Positions 13,165 through 25,829 of a stretch of 64,000 bases of DNA are shown here, in pieces. Source of the DNA: Camelus ferus (lineage: Eukaryota); assembly GCF_009834535.1 (NCBI RefSeq), contig NC_045696.1, forward strand, positions 93,126,001 through 93,190,000, read 5' to 3'. Below the pieces are notes generated by a model that was not told the DNA's origin, searched no databases, and worked only from the letters and a program-made list of their open reading frames with translations. The position numbers and the translations under genes were made by a program. Position 1 is the stretch's first letter. Each line of letters opens with the position of its first letter.

Positions 13165-13450
13165 TTTTATGAAATGATGGATGTTCACTAAACTTATTGT
13201 GGTGATCACTTCATGATGTATGTAAGTGAAACCATTATGCTGTACACACCAAACTTACAAAGTGCTGTATGTCGATTATATCAATAAAAACGGAAGAAAA
13301 AAGCAAAAATAAGAGTACATAATAAGTGAAGTCATTGTGCTGTACACATTAAACTTATAAAGTGCTGGATGTCAATTATATCTCAATAAAATTGGAAGAA
13401 AAAAGCAAAAAGAAACTGAGTACATAATTATAAAAAAATACAATTATTTA
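13165..13450 (+). mobile_element. Short L1 3' terminus with a tandemly duplicated ~100-bp end
   Basis: Units 13223-13322 and 13323-13427 each end ...aataaaa..ggaagaaaaaagcaaaaa..gagtacataa. Confidence 0.8.
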
Positions 13451-13639
13451 AAAAAAGACTAGTATCCTGAAAATTTTAGAAATTTGGAACAGTCAATGTT
13501 AAAATATTAAAAAATGGCCCAAAAGATTAAACCTAGAACTGGGGATGTAAAGTAAAATACTTCCAGGCCTAGGCAGGAAACATGGACAAGAAAAGCTGGC
13601 CATGAACCCGGCTGGTGGTGAGGACAGGAAGTGGTGAGG

Positions 13640-13805
13640 ACCAGGACCAGGTCTTGTCTAAATGAAATGACGAAACAAACTCAGCACCAGCTGACTGTGG
13701 CCACGCGAGAAGGTGGGCCTAAGGTTGTGGGCTCTTCCAATTTTGTTTTTTCAGGAGAAACCAGAAATCCAACTTAGTAAATGACACCCCTGAGTTTTAA
13801 ATGAA
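13640..13805 (-). mobile_element. MER102-like remnant
   Basis: ttttcaggagaaaccagaaatcc...cctgagttttaaatg. Confidence 0.45.
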
Positions 13806-13875
13806 GATTGTGCTCTCTGAGCTACATATTCCATCCTTTTCCCTTTCCAGGGATTCAGTCCTACAGATGCTACCC

Positions 13876-14330
13876 TTGTTTTGATTATCTATTGCTGCAT
13901 AGACTTAGTGGTGTAAAACAATAACTTAATTACTTACTTCTCTTGGTTCTTTTAGCTGCCTGAACTAAGGCTGTTATTGCTCAGTCTCTCTGCTGTTGCA
14001 ATCAGACAGTATCTGAAACAAGTTATTTCAAAGCCTTTCTTAACTATGGCTTTGACTAGGGTCAGCTCAAAGCCTACCTCACTTACATGGCTGGCAAGTG
14101 GTGGTGGCTTTGGCAGGAATCTTACTGGAGGCTGTTGGCCAGGACACTTATATATCACCTTTCCATTTGGCGTGAGCTTCCTCACGCTATGGCAGCTGGG
14201 CACCAAGGTCAAAATTCCAAGAGGGAAGGTGGAAGCTGTATTTCCTCTGCTAACATAGCCTCAGATGTCCTATAGTTTCACTTATACTGCATTTTCTTAG
14301 CCAAGGAAATTATAAAGTCCTGCCCTGTTT
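13876..14330 (-). mobile_element. Old MaLR MLT1 LTR, cut by the L1 at 14331
   Basis: tatctattgctgcata..cttagtggtgtaaaacaata; ctcacttacatggctggcaag; tagcctcagatgtcc. Confidence 0.65.
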
Positions 14331-15130
14331 GGAGAGCAGCCAAGACGGCAGAGTAGAAAGACCTTGAGCTCATCTCCTCTCACTAGGACACCAAAATCAT
14401 ATCTGCAGAACAATCATCAGTAAAAAAGACTGGAACATACCAGAAAAGTTCTACAACTAAAGGCATAAAGAAGGAACCACAACAAGATGGGTAGGCGGGG
14501 CGGCCCCATGATATAATCAAATCCCACACACCCCAGTGGGCGACCCACACACTGGAGAATGGTTATGCTGCAGAGGTTCTCCCACAGGAGTGAGTTATGA
14601 GCCCCTCATCGGGCTCCCCAGCCCAGGGGTCTGGAAGCAGGAAGATGAGCCCCCAAAGCACTTGGCTTCGAAGGCCAGTGGGGCTTAACTGCAGGAGCCT
14701 CACAGGACTCAGGGAAATGGAGACTTCATTCCTGAAGGGCCACACAACATCTCACAAGCACTGAGACCCAGGGCAAAAGCAGTAATTTGATAGGAGGCTG
14801 GGCCAGACCTACCTGCTGGTCTTGGAGGGTCTCCTGGAGAGGCAGGGTGTGACTGCAGCTCACCCTGGGGCCATAGACACTGGCGACAGACATATTTGGG
14901 AACTTGAACCACATGAAGACAGCTGCTGGTGGCTGCCATCTTTGCTCATTAGTGCCAAGTCCTGGCCCCACTGAACACCTACAGACAGCAGTGTGAGAAC
15001 ACCTCGGCCAAACAACTCACTGGGCAAGAGCACAGCCTTTACAGACTAAAGAATTCCTGAGCCCTCAGCCACCTCTAGACATGTCCCTAGACACAGCCCT
15101 GCCCACCAAGGAGCCAAGACCCAGCTGCAC

Positions 15131-15210
15131 CCACCAGGGGGCAGGCACCAGCCCTTCCTGCCAGGAAACCTGCACAAGTCTCTAGACCAGCTTCACCCAC
15201 CAGGGGGCAC
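15131..15210 (+). promoter_or_regulatory. Two co-oriented CTCF core motifs in the L1 5' UTR
   Basis: CCACCAGGGGGCAG (15131-15144) and CCACCAGGGGGCAC (15197-15210) both fit CCASYAGRKGGCRS; binding is not shown. Confidence 0.5.
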
Positions 15211-15888
15211 ACACCAGAAGCAAGAAAACTACAGTCCTTCAGCCTGAGAACTGAGTCCAGCAACAGCAGTCCAGACCCTACCCTGGGACCAGCTGGGCCC
15301 TGGCCCTGCCCACCAGCAGGCCAATGTAAACTTCAGGATAACCCGGAGCCCATACCTAACTGTGTCAGGACCAGCACCTCCTGCCCACCCTCAATAATGA
15401 TCTGAAACAAGCTCTGGGATCCCTAGGCCCTGCAGCCAGACCCCAGGAACCAGCTCTGCCTTCCAGTAGTCCAGCACTGACCCCAGGATCTGACTTCACC
15501 TGCCATCGGTAGGCAACAGCCCCAGAGTCTTTGGGACCCTGACTCTGCCCGCCAGTGAGCCAGCACTAATGCTGGGGCCCCCTAGGGTTCTGCAGTCAGC
15601 CACCTCCTGACCGGGCCAGCCAGCAGCATCTGCACAAGGCAGGGCCTGGCAACCAACCAGACTAGGGGCCAACCAAGTCTGTCAGACCACCCACATAGTC
15701 AGCCCACCACAACAGAAGAACCCGTGCAGCCCTCTTAGGGGAAGCCCCTCTAGTATACAGCTTGGGTGGTGAGGGGAGTTGCACTGCAGGGGTGCGTAGG
15801 ATGCCTCTTAAAAAAGCCACTTCTCCAAGGTTGAGAGACATAACTAACGTACCACATACATAAAAATACAAATAGCAACTTAGACAAA

Positions 15889-16783
15889 ATAAGGTGGCAG
15901 AGAAATGTGTTCCAGATGAAGGAACAAGAAAAAGCCCCAAAAGATGAACTTAAGTGAAGTGGAGGTAGACTGAGCACTTTCTCAGGTAGGTAGCCTACCT
16001 GAGGCAGCGTTCGGAGTAATGACAGTTCAGATGACCAAAGAAGTTGGGAGGAGAACGGATGCACAGAGCTAAAAGTTAGAAGTTTTTAACAAAAAGTTAG
16101 AAAATAAAGGGAACAAGCAAACAGATGAAGAATACAATAACTGAAATAGAAGATACACAAGAAGGAATCAATAGTAGACTAAATGATGCAGAAGAATGGA
16201 TCAGTGAGCTGGAGGACAGTAGTGCTGCTGAACAGAAAAAATAAAAAGAAAGGAGGACAGTTTAAGAGATCTCTGGGACATCAAGCACACTAATATCCAC
16301 ATTATACGGGCCCCAGAAGGAGAAGAGAGCAAGAAAGGGCCTGAGGACTTATTTGAAGAGATAATAGCTCAAAACTTCCCTAACCCTGGAAAGGAAACCG
16401 TCACCCAAGTCCAGGAAGCACAGAGTCCCCTACAGGATTAATCCTAAAATGAACACACCAAGACACATTATAATCAAAATGACAAAAATTAAAAGATAAA
16501 GAGAAAATATTAAAAGCAGCAGGAGAAAAGCAACAAATAGCATATAAGAAAACTCTTAAGGCTATCAGCTGATTTATCAGCAGAAACTCTACAGGCCAGA
16601 AGGGAGTGGCACAATATATTTAAAGTGATGAAAGGAAAAAACCTAAAACCAACAATGCTCTACCCAGCAAGGCTCTCATTCAGATTTGATGGAGAAATCA
16701 AAAGCTTTCCAGACAAGCAAAGGCTAAAAGAATTCAGCACCACTGATTGAGCCTTACAATAAATGTGAAAGGAACTTCTCTAG
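15889..16783 (+). pseudogene. Disrupted L1 ORF1
   Basis: Presumed start mutated to ATA; ORF1 motifs gatctctgggaca, ccaagacacatt, tcagcagaaactctacaggccagaagggagtgg, tacccagcaaggct; ends TAG 16781-16783; many frameshifts. Confidence 0.8.
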
Positions 16784-17206
16784 GCAAAAAAGAAAAGAAC
16801 ACAACTAGAAATAAGCAAATTACAAAATGGAAAAAGCTCACCAGTAAAGGCAAACACCGTAAAGGTAGGAAATCATCCACACACAAAGCTAGTAGGGAGG
16901 TTAAAAGACCAAAGTAACAAAATCATCTTTATCCACAATACGCAATTAAGGGATACACAAAACAATTAAATGTAAAATAGGATATCAAAAACAGTCATCA
17001 TGAGGAGAAGAGAATATAAATTCAGGGTTTTCAAAACGCATTTGAAATTAAGAGACCAGCAACTTAAAACAATCACATTATAAACTGCTATATAAAAACC
17101 TCATGGTAATCACAAACCAAAATCTATAGTAGATATGCACACAAAAAAGAAAAAGGAATCCAAACATAACACTAAAAATAGTTATCATATAACAAGAGAA
17201 GAATGG

Positions 17207-17916
17207 AGAAAGAACCCTCCTACACTGTTGGTAGGAATGTAGTTTGGTGCAGCCATTATGGAAAACAGTATAGCAATTCCTTAGGAAACTAAAAATAGGC
17301 TTACCATATATGATCCACCAATCCCACTCCTGGGCATATATCCAGAGGGAACTTTAGTTTGAAAAGATACATGCACCCCAGTGTTCATAGCAGCACTATT
17401 TACAATAGCCAAGACATGGAAACAACCATCATAGGTGACTGGATAAAGAAGTGATACATTTTTACAATGGACTGCTACTTAGCCATAAAAAAGAATAAAA
17501 TAATGCCATTTGCAGCAACATGGATGGGCCTACAGATTGTCTTTCTAAGTAAGCCAGAAAGAGAAAGAAAAATACCATATGATTGCACTTATACGTGGAA
17601 TCTAAAAAAAGACAAATGAACTTATTTACAAAACAGAAACAAATTCATAGACGTAGAAAACAAACATGGTTCCAGGGGGAGGAGGGAGTGGGAAAGGATA
17701 AATTGGGAGTTTGAGATTTGCAGATACTTACTAATATATATAAAATAAACAGCAAGTTTATACTATATAGCACAGGGAGCTATATTCAATATCTTGTAAC
17801 CCATTATGAAAAAGAATATGAAAATGAATATATGTATGTATATATATGACTGAACTATTATGCTGTACACAAGAAATTGACACATTGTAAACTGACTATA
17901 CTTCAATTAAAAAAAA
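17207..17916 (+). mobile_element. Nested 5'-truncated L1 no. 1 (~0.7 kb)
   Basis: Abrupt switch from host spacer to late-ORF2 sequence gaaccctcctacactgttgg; complete 3' UTR and A tail. Confidence 0.9.
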
Positions 17917-17922
17917 TGGGGG

Positions 17923-19599
17923 CCACACTACCCAAAGCAATCTATAGATTTAATGGGATCCATATCAAATTACCCAGGACATTTTCCACAGAATTAGAAC
18001 AAATAATCCTAAAATTTACATGGACTCACAAAAGACCCAGAATTGCCAAAGCATTACTGAAGGAAAAGAGTGAAGCTGGAGGAATACCCTCCCAGACATC
18101 AGACAATATTACAGAGCTAAAGTAATCAAAACAGCCTAGTATTGGTATAAAAACAGACATATGGATCAATGGAACAGAATAGAGAGCCCAGAAATAAATC
18201 CACAAACTTTTGGTCAATTAATCTTTAACAAAGGAGGCAAGAACATATAATGGATTAAAGACAGTCTCTTCAGCAAATGGTGTTGGGAAAACTAGACAGC
18301 TGCATGTAAATCAGTGAAGCTAGGACACCCCCTCACACCATACACAAAAATAAATTCAAAATGGATAAAGACTTAAATATAAGACAAGACACTAAAAACC
18401 TCTTAGAAGAAAACATAGGCAAAACATTATCTGACATAAATCTCAGCAATATTCTCCTCGGGCAATCTACCCAAGCAATAGAAATAAAAGCAACAGTAAA
18501 CAAATGAGGCCTAATTAAACTTACAATCTTTTGCACAGCAAAGCAAACCATAAGCAAAACAAAAAGACAACCTATGGAATAGGAGAAAATATTTACAAAA
18601 GACGAGAACGACAAGGGCTTAATTTCCAGAATATATAAACAGCTCATACAACTTAATAACAACAAAAAAAAAAGAAACCCAATCCAAAAATGGGCAGGAG
18701 ACTTAAACAAGCAATTCTCCAGTGAAGACATACAAATGGCCGATAGGCACATGAAAAAATGCTCAAGATCACTAAGTATCAGAGAAATGCAAATCAACAC
18801 TACAATGAGGTATCACCTAGCACCAGTCAGAATGGCCATCATTCAAATGTCCACAAATGACAAATGCTGGAGAGGCTGTGGAGAAAACAAAACCCTCCTA
18901 CAATGCTGGTAGAAATGAAGTTTGGTACAGCCATTATGGAAAACTGGAAATTCCTCAAAAAACTAAAAATAGACCTACCATATGATCCAGCAGTCCCACT
19001 TCTGGGTATATATCTGGAGGGAACTCTAATTAAAAAAGATACGTGCACCCCAATGTTCACAGCAGCACTATTTACAACAGCCAAGACATGGAAACAATCT
19101 AAATGTCCATTGACATGACTGGATAAAGAAGTGGTATATTTATACAATGGACTACTACTCAACCATAAAGAATAATAAAATTATGCCATTTGCAGCACCA
19201 TGGGTGGACCTGGAGAATTGTCATTCTAAGTGAAGTAAGCCAGAAAGAGAAAGAATACCATATGATATCACTTATGTGTAGAATCTAAAAAAAAAACAGA
19301 GAGAGACAAACAAACTTATTTACAAACAGAAACAGACTCACATAGAAAACAAACTTTTGGTTAACAGGGGAAGAGGGTGGGAAGGGATAAATTGAAAATT
19401 TGAGATTTACAGATACTAACTACAATATATAAAATAGATAAACAACAAGCTTGTACTGTATAGCAAAGGGAACTATATTCAATATCTTGTAGCAACTTAT
19501 TGTTAAAAAGAATATGAAAACGAATATATGTATGTTCCTATATGACCAAAGTATTGGGGCATATATCAGAAATTGACACATTGTAAACTTATATTTTTT
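17923..19599 (+). mobile_element. Nested 5'-truncated L1 no. 2 (~1.7 kb)
   Basis: Starts mid-ORF2 (LPKAIYRFN) and ends in 3' UTR; flanked by aaaatggggg at 17913-17922 and 19600-19609. Confidence 0.9.
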
Positions 19600-19648
19600 A
19601 AAATGGGGGGAAAAGACCTACAAAAACAAGTCCAAAACAATTAACACA

Positions 19649-22370
19649 ATGGCAATAAGAGTATCTATATTTATATATAGATACAGATATAGATAGATAG
19701 ATAGTTACCTTAAATGTCAACAGACTAAATGCACCAACCTAAAAACACAGACTGGTTGAATGGATACACACCTCTGGCTGGGCTCACCAAGAAAAAAGAT
19801 TCAAACAAAATAAGAAACGAAAGGAGAAATAACACCCAATACCACAGAAACATAAAAAACCCTAAGAGAACACTATGAACAATTATATGCAACAAACTGG
19901 ACAACCTAGAAGAAACGGACAAGTTTCTGGAAACATACAGCCCACCAAAACTGAATCAAAAAGAAATAGATGACCAGACCAATCACTAGAAGTGAAATAG
20001 AATCTGTAATAATTTTTTAAAAATCTGTAATAATTAAAAAAAAAAAAAACTCCCTGCAAACAAATGTCCAGTACTAGATGGCTTCACTGAACTTACAAGG
20101 AACTTATACTGATTCTTCTCAAACTCTTCCAGAAGAGGAGGGAACACTTCCAAACTCATTCTATGAAACCACCACCACCCTGGTACCAAAACCAGACAAA
20201 GACACTCCCAAAAAAGAATATTACAAGTCAGTATCTTTGATGAATATAGATGTAAAAATTTTTAACAAAATATTAGCAAACTGAGTGCAAAGCAAATCCA
20301 ACAACATATAGAAAAGATCATATGCTGCAATCAAGTCAGATTCACCCCAGGATCACAAGGATGGTTCAACATAAATCAATATGATACAACACATCAACAA
20401 AAGAACAAAAACTACATGATCATCCAAATAGGTGCAGAAAAATCATTTGATAAAATTCAACATCCATGATAAGAACTTTTACCAGTGGGTATAAAGGGAA
20501 CATATCTTAACATAAAAGCTATTTATGACAAACCCACAGCCAACACAGTACTCAACAGTGAAAAGGAAAGCTTCCCGCTAAAATATGGAACAAGACAAGG
20601 ATGCCCACTCTCACCGCTTCTATTCAACGTAGTATTGGAAGTTCTAATCACAGCAATCAGAAAAGAAAAAGAAATAAAAGGGATCCAAACTGGAAGGGAA
20701 GAGTTAAATCCATCATTTTATGCAGATGACACAATTCTATATACAGAAAACCCTAAAGACACCACACAAAAACTGCTGGAACTGATAAACAGATTCAGCA
20801 AGGTAGCAGGTTTCAAGCTTAACATACAGAAATCTGTCGCATTTCTTTACACTAACAATGAAATATCAGAATGGGAACATTAAAAAAAAATCCCCTTAAA
20901 ATTGCACCCCCCCCCAAAAATTTAGGAATAAACCTGACCAAGGAGGTGAAAGACATATGCTGAGAACTATAAAACACTGATAAAATTGAAGATGATTCAA
21001 AGAAATGGAAAGATAGCTCATGCTCTTGGATTGGAAGAATTAGTATTGTTAAAATGGCCACTCTATCCAAAGTAATCTGCAGGTTTAAATGTGATCCCTA
21101 TTAAATTATCTATGAAATTTTTCACAGAATTAAAACAAATAATCCTAAAATTTATACGGAACCACAAAAGACCCAGAATTGCCAAAGCAAACTTCAGGAA
21201 AAACAATAAATCTGGAGGCATAACCCTCCCAGACTTCAACAATTCTGTAAAACTATAGTAATCTAAACAGTGTCATATCGGCATAAAAACACACCAGTGG
21301 AACAGAATAAAGAGCCCAGAAATAAACTCATACACCTACTGTCCATTAATCTTTGAAAAAGAAGGCAAGAATATACAGTGGAGAAAAGACAGTCTCTTCA
21401 GCAAGTGGTGCTGGGAAAGCTGGACAGCTGCATGTAAATCAGTGAAGTTATAATACTCTCTCACACCAAACACAAAAATAAACTCAAAGTGGCTTAAAGA
21501 CTTAAACATAAGACAAGATACAATAAACCTCATAGAAGAGAACATAGGCAAAACATTCTGACATCAATTGTAGCAATACTTTCTTAGGTCAGTCTCCAAA
21601 AGTAAAAGAAATAAAAGCAAAAATAAACAAATGGGACCTAATCAAACTGAATAAGCTTTTGCACAGCAAAGGAAACTATAAACAAAAAGACAACACAAGA
21701 ACTGGGAGAAAATATTTGCAAATGATACAAACAGCAAGGGCTTAATTTCCAAAATATACCAACAGTTCGTATAGCTCAATATTAAAAACAAACAACCCAA
21801 CTTAAAAAAAATGGCATTCTCCAAAGAAGACACACAGATAACCAACAGGCACATGAAAAGATGCTCAACATCGATAATTATCAGAGAAATGCAAGTCAAA
21901 ACTACAAAAAGGTATCACCTCACACCACTCAGAATGATCATTAAGAAGTCCATAAACCGGTAAATGCTAGAGAGGGTGTGAAGAAACGGGAACCTTCCTA
22001 CACTGTTGGTAGGAATGTAAATTGGTGCAGCCACTATGAAGAACAGTATGGAGTTTCCTTGAAAAACTGAAAACAGAATCACCATATGATCCAGCAATCC
22101 CACTCCTGGCTGTATATCTGGAGAAAATTCTAATTCGCAAAGATACATGCATCCCAATGTTCATAACAGCGCTATTTACAATAGTTGAGACATGGAAGCA
22201 ACTTAAATGTCCATCACAGATGACTGAATAAAGAAGTTGTGTTATATATATACATACACACACACACACACAGAGGAATATTACTCAGCCATACAATGAA
22301 ATGGTGCCACTTGTAGCAACGTGGATAGACCTAGAAATGATCATACTACTAAGTCAGAAAAAGAGAACTA
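19649..22370 (+). pseudogene. Disrupted L1 ORF2 (endonuclease mostly deleted, RT remnant)
   Basis: atggcaata start at 19649; jump near 19768 to the post-EN region; RT peptides in ORFs 20078-20284 and 20485-20883; stops and frameshifts. Confidence 0.85.
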
Positions 22371-23639
22371 TCATATATAATCATTTATATGTGGAATCTA
22401 AAAAAGACACAAATGACTTATTTTCAAAACATAAATAAACTCACATAGAAAATAAAGTTATGGTTACCAAAGGGGAAGGGAAGAGTGGTAAATTAGGAGT
22501 TTGGGATTAGCAGATACACACGATATATAAAAAAGATAAACAACAAGAACATACTATATAGCACAGAGAATTATACTTAATATCATTTAATAAACTATAA
22601 TGAAAAAGAACCTGAAAGAATTTATATGTGTGTCTGTGTGTGTGTGTGTATGTATATAAATATATATATGTATATGAAACTGATTCACTTTGCTGTGCAC
22701 CTGAAACTAACACAATGTTGTAAGTCAACTATGCTTCAGCTGGAAAACAAAACAAAACACTTCAGCTCTTCCTTTGTGTAGCTGTGAAGTGTTTTCTGAA
22801 GGGGACTTGGCTGCAACCTCTTCATCACCACAGTTCAGTTCTCACTATTGCTGACAACGCCATCCTTCTAGCTCAGGTCTCAGGTGGCAGACAATGGGGA
22901 CAGCAGAGCTATGGTGACTGTCTTAGAGCTGGAGGCCTGATAGGGACCTGGTCATCCCATAGCTGGGCTACACATGCCACATAAGTCACTGTAATCAGAG
23001 TATTTGAAGCCAGGTTGAAAATGGTAAACCTTCCTGGAGCATCAATTAACTTAAATATTTGAGAATAGAATATAACTCATAAGAATTTTAAAGTATTAGT
23101 GTTATGTTAATCTAAATTTTAAATAATGAAACTAATACTCAAGGAACCTTTTCCTTGCAGAGGGTCCCTGTGAGGCTCCCAGGTTCTCAGCGATCACGTT
23201 CAGTTTCTGAAGCACCAGCTCTCTCACTTTCCCGTTGGAAACTAAGATTAGAGTGTCAGCTCTCAGTGGAGGATTAGAGCTTTGGTATTACTGAGCCTAA
23301 GACGTGAGCTTTATTCTTCCTAATTCTCTGACTTTCAGGACCTAGAGCGGGAAAACACTGGCTGTTACTTCCATGAGACATGATTACCCAGGCTCAGCTG
23401 TAAGTCCTCCAGGCCTTTGCCTCGCTTCGTTCTTTCCTTCTGCCCACCTCTTAGCATTTTCCTCCTGGTAGTACTGGATTCTGGTAGCTGTTGTTTATGG
23501 AGTTGTTGTTTGCTTGTTAGTTTATTTATTAAGCCTTCTTTTCTATCCACTGTCTCTTGTAACAGAGGACTTTGCCTTTTGGGGAAATTCTCTGATCTGA
23601 TGTGGTCTTGGTTATACCAGCAGCCATGTACTCCCACCC

Positions 23640-24590
23640 CGTCACCTCCTGGCATCTCCCACCCCCTTTCGGGACCACAGGTCAAAAATACTAACCGAGC
23701 CAGATCAGGAAACCCGTTTGCATTAGTGTCTATCCCTGCTGTAACAAATTACCACACACTTGGAGGCTTAAAATTTTTAAAAATATATAAAAAAATTTAC
23801 TCTCTTACAGTTTTAGAGGCCAGAGTCCAAAATAGGTGTCGGCTGGTCTGGTTTCATCTGGAGGCTCTAGAGGAGACTGTTTCCTTGGCTTATTTCAGCT
23901 TTTATAGACCACTCATATTCCTGGGCTCGTGGCTCCCTCCACTTTCAAAGCACGTCGCCCCGACCCCTGCTCCCCTCACCACGCCATCTTCACTCTGACT
24001 CCCAGGCTGCCTGCCTTCCTCTTATAAGGGTCCTGGTGATTATATCATTGGGCCCACCTGTGCAATCCCGGATACGCTCCCCAGCTCAAGACCCTTACCT
24101 TAATTACTTCTGCAAAGGCCCTTTGGCCAGGTAAAGCAACATATTCACAGGTTAAAGAGATTAGAATGTGACTCTCTCTGGGGGCCGGGTCGTTTTTCTA
24201 TACCCACACCACCCTTGGGGAAGTAATCCATCCACAGGTGGACGTGTGAGCTGAACAGGAACACGCAGGTCTTCCCTGGGATTATCGTTAGGATGGGAGG
24301 AGTATTAACCTTGGGAGTGACTAACCTTGAAGAAAATTATGTTGGGGCTGCTGGCAACTATCTTTGTAGTTACAGGGAGGAGGTTCGTGGGCAGCAGGAG
24401 GGAATGCAGCCAAGAGACTGAGAATTGTAGCCCAGAATGTGGCAAAAAAAAAAAAAAGGGCCGTGATCATAACATTTGAGCACCTGTATCCAGTTACACT
24501 TCAGATCAGACCCACCCTGATTTCCAGGCTTAGGAACCAGTAAGTTCTCTTTTTGCTTGAGCTACTTTGAGCTGATTTTCTACACTAATG
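23640..24590 (+). mobile_element. Older MLT1 (J/K/L-like) LTR interrupted by a younger MLT1
   Basis: 3' part tttgagcacctgtatccag...gaaccagtaagttctctttttgcttgagctactttgagctg resembles an MLT1K/L end. Confidence 0.5.
23719..24208 (-). mobile_element. MLT1 (C/D-like) solo LTR
   Basis: tgcattagtg..ctgctgtaacaaattaccac; tctggaggctctag; cttcctcttataagg; ends cccaca. Confidence 0.85.
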
Positions 24591-25104
24591 ACTCCCCATA
24601 TTTTTTTTTCCTTAAGTAATGAGAAGAGGAAGGATGTGGGAGCCAACTCAATAATTTTTCTGCCTTTTTTTAAGGGGTTTGATAACTATGTTTGAATACA
24701 AATGAGGCTAAAGCTGCCAAAATAAACCTTTATAAACATCATTAGGTCTTGTTTTCTTGTGTCTATACTCTACCAAACTACAGAGAATAGAGGCTAATTA
24801 TATTTTTAAAAACGAATGTGACCATAACTGGATAAGCAATATGAAATAATAAATTTGACACTTTCCCACTGTTTTTTTCATTTCTAAAAGGAAAGAAAAG
24901 AACAATTCTCTTTCATAAGAAACCTGCTTTTATTGGCTCCCTTACATAGAAGGAGGCAGGTGGATTGTGTTAGTAGCTTTTTGACAGCTTTGTTTTGAAA
25001 GGTTAGGTCTATCAAGAAATTATCATGGGCTTGTCCTGAGAGGATGCAGTATATGGAAAGTTTAAAGAAAGGAAGAGTGGTCTCACTTCAGAGAGAGGCC
25101 ATAG

Positions 25105-25570
25105 ACTGGTGGATTACACTGGCCACATTCCTTCAAGAGGCTGAGGTTCCTTCCCTTAATTTGGGGCTGGCCTTACGGCTTCTTTTGATCAATAGAACAT
25201 GGAGGAAGGCATGCCTTTCAGCTCCAGGCCCAGCTCCTTACAGGACTGTCAGCTTCTCTTTGCTCCTTCTTGGAATGTCCCCTCTTTGGATCCAGCCACC
25301 ACGGAAGATGCATGGACTAGACCACTGAGTGATAAGAGGCTACAAGGAGGCCCTGGAGGGACAGAGAAGACCATCTTGGACTTTCTAGCTCCATTAGTGC
25401 CCCCAAGTGAAAGCAACTGCACGAACGTTCCCAGTTAACACTATGTGGAAGGAAGGTGAGGCTTTCCCACCAAGCTGCCCAAACTGAAGAATCATGAGCA
25501 GATATCTGATGGTATTTCAAGCTGTTGAGTTTAGGGGTTACTTGTTATGCTGCAAAAGATAACTGAAACA
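25105..25570 (+). mobile_element. MLT1 (F/G/H-like) LTR
   Basis: ggggctggcctt..ttttgatcaatagaa; ends gagtttaggggttacttgttatgctgcaaaagataactgaaaca. Confidence 0.75.
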
Positions 25571-25829
25571 GGTAGACCGCCTGAGATCGGGAATAAGGGC
25601 TTGGTGGTGGGTAACATGGTGGCTGAGACTTGCATCACGTTCTATCTCAGAGATGCGTTTTTCTTCAACATATCCTAGAAGTAACCGAATCTCATACTAA
25701 AGAATGCTGTGTGGTTATTAGGAAACTGAGCGCCAAGGCCAGTCAGTGGGAGCCTCGGAAAAGGTTTCCATGGCCACACTTGGTACAGTGGGAGGAGGAA
25801 TTAGACAGGTTGGAGAAAAATTCTTAACA

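Larger units (their letters stand above)
14331..22760 (+). mobile_element. Near full-length decayed L1 (5' UTR, ORF1, spacer, ORF2, 3' UTR) with two nested L1s
   Basis: 5' end ggagagcagccaagacggca (YY1-type start), GC-rich UTR, ORF1 and ORF2 remnants, RT motif region ([19 protein letters not shown]) at 20485-20883, 3' UTR and (AAAAC)n tail. Confidence 0.92.

Noticed and set aside
18333..18800. Hydrophobic minus-strand ORFs (also 5336-5572, 21642-21899, 45849-46148)
   Set aside because: Antisense frames of A-rich L1 sequence, which commonly mimic membrane proteins.
20485..20883. Reverse transcriptase peptide as an active or novel RT system
   Set aside because: Ordinary L1 ORF2 remnant, fragmented by stops and frameshifts.
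23417..23998. Longest ORF (193 aa)
   Set aside because: No ATG start, the second half runs through an MLT1 LTR, and no recognisable domain.
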